Assembly: GCF_009914755.1 (NCBI RefSeq)
Contig: NC_060933.1
From: the human T2T-CHM13v2.0 reference genome, Homo sapiens
DNA: 64,000 bases
Direction: 5' to 3' (one strand)
The notes beneath the pieces are model-generated. The model had not been told where the DNA came from. It ran no database searches and saw only the letters and a list, made by a program, of their open reading frames with translations. Of the stretch, positions 16,503 to 30,580 are shown in pieces. Within the stretch, counting starts at the first letter, position 1. The number at the start of each line of letters is the position of its first letter. The position numbers and the translations under genes are program-made.

Positions 16503-17229
16503 TGAAGTTTCATGTCCTACTTATGCAAATCAGTTGGGCATTCCATGTTGCTTAGCCCACTAGTAGAAAATAAAAGATTTAATTTTATGCAGTAACATAG
16601 AAATAGTAGATTCAACAACCCCATTAAATTAAGGCTTTTTTTGACAAACAACTGATTTTCTCAAAGTCCTTTGAGATGTCCTACAAAGCAACTAGGCAAT
16701 AGGTAAGTCTGCTACGACATTGGGACTTAAATTAAGAAATTACTTAATTTGCATTTTTTGTTGTTTTCTGAGTTCTACTGAAACCCTTAAAATAAACTTC
16801 AATTGTATTTGCTTAGTTTTTTTCTACTTTCTTATGACCTTTTATAATTTTATTTGTCAAGTATTTAAGAACTGAGTCTGAATATATAGATGTGCAGTAG
16901 AGATGCCGATAAAATGCATGGTTTATACCTCTAGAGCAACATAAGCTTGGAGACTAAAGAAATTCATTAGCACCCTGCTAGGTACAACACCTAGTGCAGG
17001 TTCAACAAATGCCCATGAAATACTGAATTAGGAAAACTCTCATTGATAGGTAAGATTGATAATGTTAAATTATAATTATTCTAGCATTAAAACATGTTAA
17101 CTTATATAATTATTCATTCTCTCTAGACAGTTGTTATTTGCTTTTTCTCTTTTATCCCATTAAAAAGCTTTTTAAAATAAAAAAGAATTCATTGCTACTA
17201 TGCTGACAACAAAGTCCTTGTCACCTCAC

Positions 17230-17337
17230 CTGAGTTGTCTGAGAACTGAGGCTCATCCCAGCTTGCGGCATGTACCTTCTCCGAGACCTGGACGGGAGGT
17301 GGAGATCTGCACCAGTCTATGACAGGTGGTTCTGCAT
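17230..17337 (-). CDS. SVEP1: SVEP1 exon 10 ([10 protein letters not shown]...PQFSDNS), HYR2 N-half
   Basis: Translated by hand. Acceptor cttcag, donor G|gtgagg; 108 nt. Confidence 0.96.
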
Positions 17338-18144
17338 CTGAAGAACATGAAATCAGACAAAGAAGTCACAGCTGATATTCACAAACGATGAGGAGGTTTT
17401 CAAAAGAGAACTGAAGTCGGCTTGTGCTGGCAGACAGCCTTGAGCTTGCAAGAAACAAGGCTGACTCTGTGGCTCCTGTGATATCTTTTCCCTGATCCCC
17501 AACACCAAAGGAAAGAGCTGCTTTTGCTATACTTCCCCCATCTGTTGAAGAAAAAAATGCCACCTTTCTAAAATCACCTTGGTCACAAGTGTGTGAAAGG
17601 CAATTCCTGATGTGGTGGGCATTTGAATTGTGGGTTCTGTCCACGGTCGTTGAGCTGACCCAACTGGAAGGGAAGAGAACCATTCCAGACAAGCTGAAGG
17701 AATGAAATGACCACATCTGTCATTCCCATGATGTTCCTCTTATCTGAAGGGTCAAGACAAGGGCTAATAGATGGCTAAATAGAAGGACCATGGGCCAGAG
17801 ATCTGAGTTATGTTGCAGAATAAGCAAGATGTTAGTGTGAGTGGCCTATTGCTGGGAGGCTAGGAGGTTATGTCCAGAGGTGGAACATTGGAGCTAAAGA
17901 TTTCTAAGGTTGACAAATTCTAGATGAAGACAAAGAAAAGAGTGGGAACCCGGAAGTGAGGAAAGGAGAGAGAGTATGAAAGCCACAGCAGAAGTTAAAG
18001 CACTGGGAGTCTGTGTTGCTGAGCACTGGAATTCTGGATGAAGGGTGGATGTGAGGTGGGGTGAGTGAGCCAGGTTTCAAAGCCATGATTGAATGTGGTG
18101 GAGTTTTTAGGATGTCAGTAAAGAACAATAAAGTGGGTGTATAA

Positions 18145-19247
18145 TCTAGGCAATACCATTCAGGACATAGGCAGAGGCAAAGATTTTATGACGAAAACAT
18201 CAAAAGCAATTGCAACAAAAGCAAAAATTGACAAATGGGATCTAATTAAACTAAACAGCTTCTGCACAACAAAAGAAACTATTATCAGAGTGAACAGACA
18301 ACCTACAGAATGAGAGAACACTTTTGCAATCTATCCATCTGACAAAGGTCTAATATCCAGAATCTACAAAGAACTTAGATTTACAAGAAAAAAAAAACCA
18401 TTAAAAAGTGGGCAAAGGACATGAACAGACACTTTTCAAAAGAAGATATTTATGCGGCCAACAAACATATGAAAAAAAGCTCAATATCACTGATCATTAG
18501 AGAAATGCAAATCAAAACCACAATGAGATACCATCTCACGTCAGTCAGAATTGTGATTATTAAAAAGTCAAGAAACAACAGATGCTAACAAGGCTGTGAA
18601 GAAATAGGAATGCTTTTACACTGTTGGTGGGAATGTAAATTAGTTCAACCGTTGTGGATGACAATGTGGTGATTCCTCAAAGACCTAGAACCAGAAATAC
18701 CATTTGACCCAGCAATCCCATTACTGGGTATATACCCAAAGGAACATAAATCATTCTATTACAAAGATACATGCACGTGTATGTTCATTGCAGCATTATT
18801 CACAATAGCAAAGACATGGAATCAACCCAAATGCCCACCAATGATAAACTGGATAAAGAAATTGTGGTACATAGACACCATGGAATACTATGCAGTCATA
18901 AAAAGGAACAAGGTCAGATCCTTTGCAGGGACACGGATGGAGCTGGAAGCCATTATCCTCAGCAAACTAATGCAGGAAGAAAACCAAACACCGTATGTTC
19001 TCACTTATAAGTGGGAGTTGAACAATGAGAACACATGGAAACAGGGAGGGGAACAACACACACTGTGGCCTTTCAGGGGTTGGGGGAGAAGGGGAGCATC
19101 AGGATAAACAGCTAATTCATGCAGGGCTCAATACCTAGGTGACGGGTTGATAGGTGCAGCAAACCAACATGGTACACATTTACCTATGTAACAAACTTGC
19201 ACATCCTGCACTTGTATCCTGGAACTTAAAATTAAATTAAATTAAAA
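18145..19247 (+). mobile_element. 5'-truncated older L1PA (about 1.1 kb; ORF2 C-terminus plus 3'UTR)
   Basis: ORF2-type peptide [19 protein letters not shown]; approximate TSD aaag(t/a)gggtgtata. Confidence 0.9.
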
Positions 19248-20167
19248 AGAGGGTGTATAGAAAGTAATTTTAATTTAATTATACATTTTATACATCTGAA
19301 GTGTTCTTATTACATGCCTTTGAGGTTTGAGGGAGATAGCAAAAACATTATTTTTCTGATTTTGTAGGTGAGGAATGTTAGTTAGACAAGGCAAACTTAA
19401 GAAACTTGCTTGAGGTCAGTAAGCTATTAAATTGTAGCCACAAGCATTAAGACCAAGTATTCCTATCCAAGATATATGCAAATACATACTCTGAAATTAA
19501 CTGAACTGCACCTGTGAGAATATATGGATTCCCATTTTAAGCCAAGTCTCATGAACATATGTTCAATTTTTGTCTTTTCCTCATGTTTGTTATTAGTGCA
19601 GACCTTAGGTTTATTATTTCACTGTAGACCAGTGATGCAGTTTATTATTTCACTGTAGACCAGTAAACTCTGTAGACCAGTGATGCAGTCTCTTTTGCTC
19701 ATGTTTGGATCTCCACTAGATAGCACAGCATCTGGCCTATAACAGGTGCTCAAACAAGTTGCTGGATAAAGGATAAAGCAATGCTCATAGCAGGTCAGTG
19801 TACTTTGAGAATGCTGAATCAAGTCAATTCATAGCTAAATTTACAAATCCAGCAGTATTTACTATTTTGCCAAAAGAAATGACAATTGAATATTCAAAGA
19901 TTTTCTGGGCATATCTGATTTTATTCAGACATTTTAAAGTTAAATCACAGGTGCAAGAGGGCAGTAAGGCTCAGTCAATTACTGTCAAAAGAATTGGAGG
20001 CGACAGCAGATGTACTGTCTCCAAAGGAGAGGGACAGCCCACTTCAAAGCAAGTGAGGCAATACTCTGTGGCAGCCAAGGAGAAGCATTCCTGGCTTGAC
20101 TCTCATTTATCATAAGGGTGACACCAACATCCTGAAGAAAATAAGAAAAATGTAAGCTTTGGTGTAT

Positions 20168-20301
20168 TTTCTTTCTCTCTCTCTCTCTGTCCCTTTCTGT
20201 CTGTCTCTCTCACTCCCTACATCCCTCTCTGCTTCTCCTTCCTTCTTTCTCTGCTTCATCTTCCTTCTCCTTCCTTCTCTTTCTCTCTCTCTCTCTCTCT
20301 C
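20168..20301. repeat. CT-rich simple repeat
   Basis: (CT)n/(CCTT)n low-complexity sequence. Confidence 0.85.
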
Positions 20302-20899
<598 letters not shown>

Positions 20900-21599
20900 C
20901 TCTCTCTTTTATAATTTGGGAATTCAGTTAAAGTCTAGTAGTCACTCAAGTACACATTTCACATTTCACTATGCTGACTCTTCATTATGAAAAATTAAAA
21001 CTTGGCAAACTCCTGAACCACATTTCCAAGTCTAAAATCACTGTGTCAGATTTTTGAGAATCCAACATATTTTTCATGCAAATGGTAAAGCTCATGTTTA
21101 AAACAACACTGAAAAAGGAATTTTTAAAAACTAAGCATTGTGAAATAGTCTGATTTTTACTGGATTTCTTTCATCTACTTTTACCAAAACCTGTAATGTA
21201 TAGGGTAAGGAACCAGTTTAATATATGTTAGTTATTTCAATAAGTTATGTAACATTTTTAAAACAAAATGAATTTAACATAGTGAATTTTAAAATAAACA
21301 TATGAAAAATAGACCTGAGATAAATGTTGCAAAATGTCAGTATGTTGTCATCTAGCTTTCACACAGAGCTTAAAGTATGGTAGGCACTAGATCAAGTGGT
21401 TTATATATTATCGCAAATTAAAAATCTCACAATGAGGTAATACATTCATTACTTTTACTTTTGGATAAAGAAATTGAGGTATAGAGCAGGAACTGGTCCC
21501 CTTGACTTTAAGCGGTGGAGATGAACATGAACCCAACCAGCTTGGGTTCAGAGTCCATGCTCTTGTCCACTACAGATTGCTATGTAGCCTACCTCTCCA

Positions 21600-22880
21600 T
21601 GTATTTTATTTTGGTAATGAGCAGAAGACCAATTGAGAGATGATACGGTAAACGAGGCTCAAAAGATTTCAAAGGACTGATCCGCAGCGGTGGTTCTGAG
21701 GATGGAGAGAATGGGACAAACTTCAGCGATATCAAGTAGGTGAAACCAACAGCACCTGATACCTTCTTGGATATTGGTGAGAGGGCAGGGAGTCAAGCAT
21801 GATTCCAAGGTTTTCGCTTGGTAGCTAGGTGGTTGGCTGTGTCCTTTTCTGAGCTAGGAAATAATTTAGGTTTAGGTGAGTTTGAAATGCCTGTGAGACA
21901 TTAATATGGGGAAAGTCCAGGAGGCTTTCAGAGTCCAGTTTGGATTCCAGAAAAGAGATTCGAACTGGAAATAGGAATATGGGAGTTGTTGGTTAACAAA
22001 ATCACTCAGGAAAACTACAGAGAGAGATAGAGAAGACCAGGGCTGAAACCCTAGAGAAGATCAACATTTGAGAATTAGCCTGAGGAAGAGAAGCCTACAA
22101 AAGAGATAAAGAAGGTTAGGTAAAAATAATGGAGGGAAAAAAAAGACGGGAAAGACTAACATCAAGGAAGCTAAGGGAAGGAAAAAGTTTTGGTAACAAG
22201 TGTGTGGTTAATAATGTAAAACGTAGCTGGGTGTGGTGGCTCACACCTATAATCCCAGCATTTTGGGAGGCCAACGTGAGAGGATCACTTGAGGCCAGGA
22301 ATTTGAGATCAGTCTGGGAACACAGTGAGACCTTGTCTCTACAAAAAAATTAAAAAAAAAACAAAACAAATTAGCTGGGTGTGGTGGCACATGCCTGTAG
22401 TCCCGGCTATTTGGAAGGCTAAGGCAGGAGGATTGCTTGAGCCTAGGAATTTGAGGCTGCAGTGAGCTATGATTGTGGCACAGCACTCACTCCAGTCTGG
22501 AGGACGGAGTGAGACCCTGTCTCTGAAAAAAATTAAATAAATGTAAAATATGAGGAAAGATTATGTAAAATTAGGACCAAAAAGTATGCAGAGTAACACC
22601 AGATATCATTGGTGACTTTGATGACAGTAGTTTATACGAGTGAAGGGGATAGAAGCCAGATTTGGGTGACTCAGAATAAATGGCAATTAAGCAGAAAGAC
22701 ATGGCAAGCATTGGGAACTTTCATGTGGGCTCATATGGGAAGAAATCAAAGAGAAGTGGTAATAGTTAAAGGGTTTGTAGGTTTCAAACAGGGAGTGCTT
22801 TGAGCAAGTTTCAATGCCAGTTGGAAGAATCAGTGACAAGGGAGTTGTTGATCATAAAGGAGAAGTGGTCTCTGGGGTTC
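21600..22880 (-). mobile_element. L2 remnant, interrupted by an AluJ
   Basis: GA-rich reverse L2 motifs (gagtcaagcatgattccaaggtttt, gagtttgaaatgcctgtgagaca). Confidence 0.6.
22225..22540 (+). mobile_element. AluJ
   Basis: Forward Alu with J features (gaggattgcttgagcctagg, gagctatgattg). Confidence 0.88.
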
Positions 22881-22926
22881 TGGATTGCTTTCATAAACCT
22901 GCCCAAATGATTCAATGAAGACTTAC

Positions 22927-23290
22927 TGTATTAGTCTGTTCTCATGCTGCTAATAAAGACATACCCGAGACTGAGTAATTTATAAAGGAAAGAGTTTTAA
23001 TGGACTCACAGTTCCATATGGCTGGGGAGGCCTCACAATCACGGCAGAAAGCAAAGAAGGAGCAAAGCCACGTCTTACATGGTGGCAGGCAAGAGAGCAC
23101 GTGCAGGGGAACTCCCCCTTATAAAACCATCAGATCTTCTGAGACTTATTCACTATCATGAGGACAGCATGGGAAAGACCCACCTCTATGATTCAATTAC
23201 CTCCCACTGGGTCCTTCCCACGACACATGGGAATTATGGGAGCCACAGTTCAAGATGACGTTTGGATGGGGAAACAACCAAACTATATCA
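22927..23290 (-). mobile_element. THE1B MaLR solo LTR, 364 bp, sense to SVEP1
   Basis: Minus strand reads TGATATAGTTTGG...GACTAATACA; 5-bp TSD cttac at 22922-22926 and 23291-23295. Confidence 0.9.
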
Positions 23291-23295
23291 CTTAC

Positions 23296-23425
23296 CAATA
23301 ACCTTGATATGGAAAATGCAGCTGGCCTGGTTGCCGGATAGGTCAGTTGCCGTGTATACGATAGCAACATCTCCAATTGGGAAAAGGTAAGGTGGGGTGA
23401 AAGCTGGATGAACGTGGACTGACAC
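23296..23425 (-). CDS. SVEP1: SVEP1 exon 9 ([10 protein letters not shown]...CIFHIKVI), HYR1 C-half
   Basis: Translated by hand (not in the ORF track). Acceptor caatag, donor G|gtaagt; 130 nt, phase 0-1. Confidence 0.96.
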
Positions 23426-23829
23426 CTATTGGAGATACACAAATATTTTGAAAGTTAATGTCAAAAGTGCGTTTATTCTTTTCTGATTTATATATTATTA
23501 GTAATGTTAACAATGATACAATATTTCACAAAGAGGAAAGGAAAAAGGCACAGCTTTCTGGCATATTTCTTTCCAGATTATTCTATTTACATGATTTATA
23601 GAATTGGCACACATATGAAATATTTCTCCTTGTTTTTTAAACATAATACCTTCAAACATCTTTTATGCTCTTATGTAGTCCTTAAAACTTAAGATGACTC
23701 TTAAATGTTTCCATAATGTTCTGTAGAATAAATATAAGATAATTTAAGAAAAATCTGTTGAAGGACATTAGTTTGACCCAAACATTTCCATTGTAAACAG
23801 TTTTGAACAGATAATTTAAACATATTTTT

Positions 23830-24250
23830 TCTTCTTCTTTTCTTTACTGATGCATAATAGATGTACATAGTTTCAAGGTACATGTAATAATTTCACACAT
23901 TCATATAGTTTATAAAGATCAAATCAGTGCACTTCAGATATCCATCACCTTAAATATTTATCTTTTCTTTATGCTGGAACCTTTAAAATTCTTCTCTTCC
24001 AGCTATTTTGGAATATATGATCGATTATCGTAAACTATGGTCACCCTACTGATCTATGTAAGACAAGGTCTTATGACTTCTATCAAAACATGTATTCCTA
24101 CCCACTAATTCTCTTCTCTTATCTCTCCCTCCCCCACCTTTCTTGGCTTCGGATAACAACCAGTCTACTCTCTATCTTAATGAGATCTACTTTTTTTTAG
24201 CTCTCACCTGAGATATTTGTCTTTCTGTGCTTGGCTTATTTTGCTTATTT
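23830..24250 (-). mobile_element. L1MA-type 3' fragment
   Basis: cataatagatgtacat..gatatccatcaccttaaatatttatc..ctactctctatc. Confidence 0.7.
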
Positions 24251-25234
24251 ATTATTTCCTTGTAATAGAGTTCCATGAACAGAATTATTAAACCCAATCA
24301 TTAACATTTTATTAGTAGATAATATAAAACTTATTTCCAAATGCATGGTAACAATTCATATTCCCACTGTCAACCACATTTTCTGATCTATATTAAATAT
24401 CATCAATTTTTGGTAAGTCAAAAATCTGGCACCAGGTCATTGTTTTAATGAACTGTTTTTTAATGCCATATGCTAAGATTAAATTCTCAAGTTTGCATGT
24501 ATTATATTTTTTACTTCTTGAATTGTATGTTTATTTTCTTCATCCATTGAAAATTGATAAATTTCCTTTTCACTGTAGTTTTAAAAATATTTCAAATAAG
24601 ATTAGAAAGCTACTCATGAAATGATTTGATAAGCATCCAAAAATATTTGATGGTAGTTTTTTTTATGATTTAAACTATAATTTGGAAATATATTTTCTGT
24701 GTGGTATGATTTGAGAGTATAACTTTACATCTTAAAAATCACTCACTGATTCCCCTTTATGATATTTTAAAATCCATCTATTATGAAATAGTACTGCATC
24801 ATTCTGTTTATTTTTATTTTATTAAATATTTTGATTTCTGATAGACCCAGTTGTTTCCTATTATTCTTTTCAATACTTTAATCTAGGTATTCTTCTACTT
24901 TCCGTTACAGAATCACTTTTCATGCTCAAAAATATATTAACAGTACTTTTGAAATACATTTATTCTATAAATATTTTGCTTTTTAAATTTTTTCTTTCAG
25001 AAAAACTAGAATGAAACATTTTGTTTTTTAATCTACAAATATGGCATCTATTTCTGTTTGATTTCATTATTTCACCTGCCAATGTTTTATATTTTCCTTT
25101 AAGGTGCCATTTACCCTTCTTTTTAAATAGAAACCTAAATATTTTACATTTTATCTTGCATTGTAAGTAGAATCCCTTTTTAACCTATTTTAGTAACCTA
25201 TTACTATATATAGCATTACATATTTTATAGAATG

Positions 25235-25236
<2 letters not shown>

Positions 25237-25265
<29 letters not shown>
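25237..25265. repeat. (GT)14 microsatellite
   Basis: Read directly from sequence. Confidence 0.95.
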
Positions 25266-27032
25266 CAAATTTATCTGTATCTTGGTAGTCAAATAGTTAT
25301 TTTGCTCCAGGAAATTACATCAGGGATACAAAGAGTAAGTTTAAAAGTCTCATTCAGGACACAGAGGAAAACTTAAGAGTATAAATCATGGAATAGATAA
25401 TAGACATACAGAATAGAAATTAGAGATATAACTTACGAATCATCAGTGTTCCTAAAAAAACAGAATGAATGGAATAAGAAAAATGTTCTAAGATATAGAA
25501 GAAAACTTTGATTTGAAGAAAGCTATGACTGTACATAAAAAGGACTCTTGATGTACCAAAGTTGATAAAGAACAATCATCACTTAAACAAATCCCAGATA
25601 ACTTAATGTACAACAAAAAATTCCCACAGCACTCAGGAAGAAAAAAAGCAGATTATCTAAAAAAAGATAATAATCAGCATATATTATCTTTCTCTTAGTC
25701 ATTAAATGCTAGTCTGGAAATAAAAGATGTTCTTGTACATGCAAAGGCTTAATAAATATACCACCTGTATATACTTTTTCTGAAAGAATGGATTTTGAAC
25801 CTACCAAATGAGATGAATCACAACAAATCCCTCATAAGAGAGAAAAGTCATGGTGTGAAGAACTGTCAGCAAACACCAAAACTATGTAAACACATACTCA
25901 GTGTGAAAAATTGTGGTCGTTAGGATTCAGGTGTTATCAAAGATTTTTGAAGGGATGTAAAAAAAACTATATTAATTAATCTATAATAAATTAGAATAAG
26001 AATCCCAGATTATATCAATAAACTATAAGCGGCTGAAAAGTTAAACTGATAATTTACTCCTTTTACTTGGGCGAAATGCAATAGATACTCTTATTTTTTT
26101 TGCCACAGATAATTGGGTAATGAAAGGCTTATGCATGTTTTTAAAACTTTATTAAAAAGACTATATTCCTTCCATATATAATTGCAGCTACAGTCCTAAA
26201 GCTCCTAAGAATGGAAAAATCGCCAGGAGGCTGACACAGCAGTGGCTGGATATATATATTTCATATATATATATATGAAATAGGAGAATTGACTTGGGTA
26301 GAGTGTTGGGATATTTCCCCTGTCTTCTCCATGGGGCAAGGAATGGGGAGGAATACTGCCTTAAACCAAGTGGCAGGGCTTCAGACAACCACTCATAGAA
26401 CATTGGCAGGGGGAAGGGGGTGCCTACAGAAAAGGAGACCAGCATCCCATTCCCAGGCTGGATGCTTGCTGGGCAGAAGAAATCCATAGATTCACCCCAA
26501 TGTGAGGAGTGCTGGGTGAGGCCGACACCCATGCCTTGGAGTTTAGGGGCACATATGAATGTAGACAGGTGGCTGCATCTCTCCTGGTGAATTTTGAAGG
26601 CAGGAGGCTTATTTGAGCAATATGGACAGACTGGGAGGAAGGCTGTTCTGAAAATGTGTCAGCCTGCACTCCCAGTTGTTGGCATGGTGAAGTGACATAG
26701 GCTGAAAGGGGAGATGGTAGTACTTGAGTTGTTCTGCCCTACACTCTGCTCTAGGGGTTTTGAGAGGTTGTGGGATGTATGACAGTGCTTGGAGCTAAGG
26801 GGAAGGGCAGCAGAGGTCCTGCCAGAATGCACCTTCATGGCAGGGAACTGTAAGGGGTTGGGGAGGGGGTGGTGCTTCTACAGGGCCTCCTGCAGAATGT
26901 GCACATGGACTACACAAGAGAGATAATTTTTTTTTTGCTTCTCAGAGTGCATCAGCAATACAAAGAGGGCCACACAGCCTTAAACAAATGAAAGACTTTT
27001 GAACCTTTCCTCAAAAATACTCCTTTCCCAGC

Positions 27033-27880
<848 letters not shown>

Positions 27881-28865
27881 GCCCTGACCCTAGAGAGGCC
27901 AGAGACAGAGACGGGGAGGCATAGAAGGGGGAAAATAGCATCAATTGCTCCTCTTTCCTCAAGTCAGTCAGGCCTCCTCTGAGCCGCAAGAGGAAAAAGC
28001 TTTGAAGTGGATACAAGATTCAAGCTTTTATTTAGACAGCAAGACTCTTCTTTTTAATCCTTGAAAGTGGTTTTTAATTATGGAAAGAACTATTGGTATA
28101 CCCTAGAGCAACCAAAGCTTGTGACTGTAGAATAATGGTTATTTTCTATTGGTGCCTTTCCTAGTTCAGACTATTCAATATCAGTTACACAATTATAGTT
28201 TTGATTGCACTGTACATATAATTTAGCATCTTACTTTTCTACCAAGAAATTTCTTTTTTTGGAAATTTTCTGAGGGAATAATCAGAGACAAAAGACAAAG
28301 ACTTAGTACAAGGATGTTCATGACAGCATCGTGAGTTCTTTCTTTTTATTCTTTCTTACCCTGCTTTGAGTTCATGTTCTATTATTACAATAAATATAGT
28401 GGGGTTTTTTTCCCCAATTGTCTAAACTGCCTTCTCTGTCTTTTTTTTTCTTTCAAACCTCTACATTATAAAGAAACCCAATTATTTACTTTTTTCATGC
28501 CTGCGCTAGAGAATCACATCAATTTTGGAGAAATTCACACAGTAGTGCAGATTAATCTCTCTATAAGTTTATGATCACAAAACTCAAATGGACCCCCAAC
28601 TGTAGCCAAATAATCCTAGTATATTTCTCTGGTCTGTTCACTCTCCTTCTCAGAATGAGTTTTTCAAAACTTCTCAATTCTCCTAAAACTTCAAAACTCT
28701 CTTACTTATTCCCTTTAGTTACGCTTCAGGTTTGATCACTTTCTGAACAGAAGCCATTCACAATGAATTGCCCCCTCTTTTCCTTGTATATTCAACTTCT
28801 CCATCTCAATTGGTTCTCTCCATTTCTATTTTTATTCTTTTAAGCACATTCAAGTTCTTCCCCCA

Positions 28866-29100
28866 TGTAGTAGGCTGAATAACGGCCCCCCCAAAGATCA
28901 TCCATGTTCTAATCCCTGGAACCTGTGAACACGTTGCCTTACATGGTAAAAGGGACTTAGCAGACACGACTAAATTGAGAATCTTAAAATTAGGAGATTC
29001 TCCTGAGTTATCCAGATGGGTTCAATGTAATCTCAAGGGTCCTTATAAGGGGAAGGCAGGAGGGTCAGAGTGAAAAGAAAAAGATGTGGTGGAAATATCA
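28866..29100 (+). mobile_element. MLT1D-like LTR 5' fragment
   Basis: tgtagtaggctgaataacggccccc..aatccctggaacctgtgaa..catggtaaaagggact. Confidence 0.75.
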
Positions 29101-29824
29101 CACATGAGAGACTGTTCAACACACAAACCACCTAAAGTGCATTCAGCCCTAGAAATCACATTTGCCCTTTTCAAATCAGATTTAAAAGCTACCTTGATTG
29201 TAAGTATATTCAACACAATGATCGGAACAGCTATTTTTTCTATGTTGCGCTCTGCATCCCCCCCGCCGCCCCCAGTGTATCCTGATTGGTCCAACTTATA
29301 TATATTTACAGGTAAGTGTAGAAATAACATAATATTTAAGTGCATCTTAATGTATATGAATACTAACCATGTACATATAAGAGGAAGTAAAATTCCTAAA
29401 TGAACTATTTTTCTAACATCTGATGGATTATTTCAAGCTACTATACAAAGAAAATTAAAATACTGTGTTCTGAATAATGCTGGATTCAGACAAGCTTGAA
29501 GAAGAAACACCAGTGCTATCTCTTTCTGACTGAAAAATACACAATCATTTTGGGCCCATATTTTAAAAGATAGGTTCATAAATAGCAATTAGGATTGAGT
29601 CCACATCTTTTCTTTTCTTAAAAGATCCTCAGAACCTAGTAAAGGGCAAAGAATTCTTCGTCAAGTAATCTTAGTGGCTACAATAATACAACAAATCCAT
29701 AGAATGAAAAGTTTCTGGTTTTGAGGATTTTATCTGAGATTTCTAATTAAAAATTCAAGGTTGATCATTATTCTGTCAGATGCCGCATTCACATTTACGA
29801 GTAGAGTTCATACACAAAGAGTAT

Positions 29825-30363
29825 TGTGATGGTTAATATTGAGCATCAACTTGATTGGATTGAAGGATACGAAGTATTGTTCCTGGGTGTGTCTGTGAGG
29901 ATGTTGCCAAAGATTAACATTTGAGGAGGACTGGGAGAGGCAGACCCACCCTCAGTCTGGGTGGGCACCATCTAATCAGCTGCCACCTTGGCTAGAATAA
30001 AGCAGGCAGAGGAAGGTGAGAAGAGCAGACCTGCTGAGTCTTCCAGCCTTCATCTTTCTCCCGTGCTGGCTGCTTCCTGCCCTTGAACATCAGACTCCAA
30101 GTTCTTCAGCTTTTGGACTTTTGTACTTATATCAGTGGTTTGCCAGGAGTTCTTGTGCCTTTGGCCACTAACTGAAGGCTGCACTATCGGCTTCCCCACT
30201 TCTGAGGTTTTGGGACTTGGACTGACTTCCTTGCTCCTCACCTTGCAGATGGCCTATTGTGGAACTTCACCTTGTGATGGTGTGAGTCAATAGTCCTTAA
30301 TAAACTCACTTTCATATATACATCTATCCTATTAGTTCTGTCCCTCTAGAGAACCCTAATACA
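29825..30363 (+). mobile_element. MLT2A (MLT2A2-like, HERV-L) solo LTR
   Basis: tgtgatggttaatattgag..caacttgattggattgaagg..ctagagaaccctaataca; TSD agtat at 29820-29824 and 30364-30368. Confidence 0.85.
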
Positions 30364-30461
30364 AGTATTACCATGAGCATATTAGTAAGTCTTCAACACA
30401 CATATCTGCAGTATATTTAGAATTCATTTGAAAAGGATGCACATAATTGCACAAACCTTAC

Positions 30462-30580
30462 CTTTTCACCAGAGTTGTCTTTAGCTGTTGGAATCTGCCA
30501 GGTAACATTGGCAGAATCTTGCTGTTCCAGAGTCTTAGCCTCTATGTCCTTAGGACAGTTGATTTGAGGAGCCTCCACGT
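30462..30580 (-). CDS. SVEP1: SVEP1 exon 8 ([10 protein letters not shown]...DNSGEK), HYR1 N-half
   Basis: Acceptor agttag, donor AAG|gtaagg; 119 nt, phase 1-0. Confidence 0.96.

Noticed and set aside
19711-19728. CTCF-like ccactagatagcac
   Set aside because: Mismatch at a core G; a single short motif is not enough support
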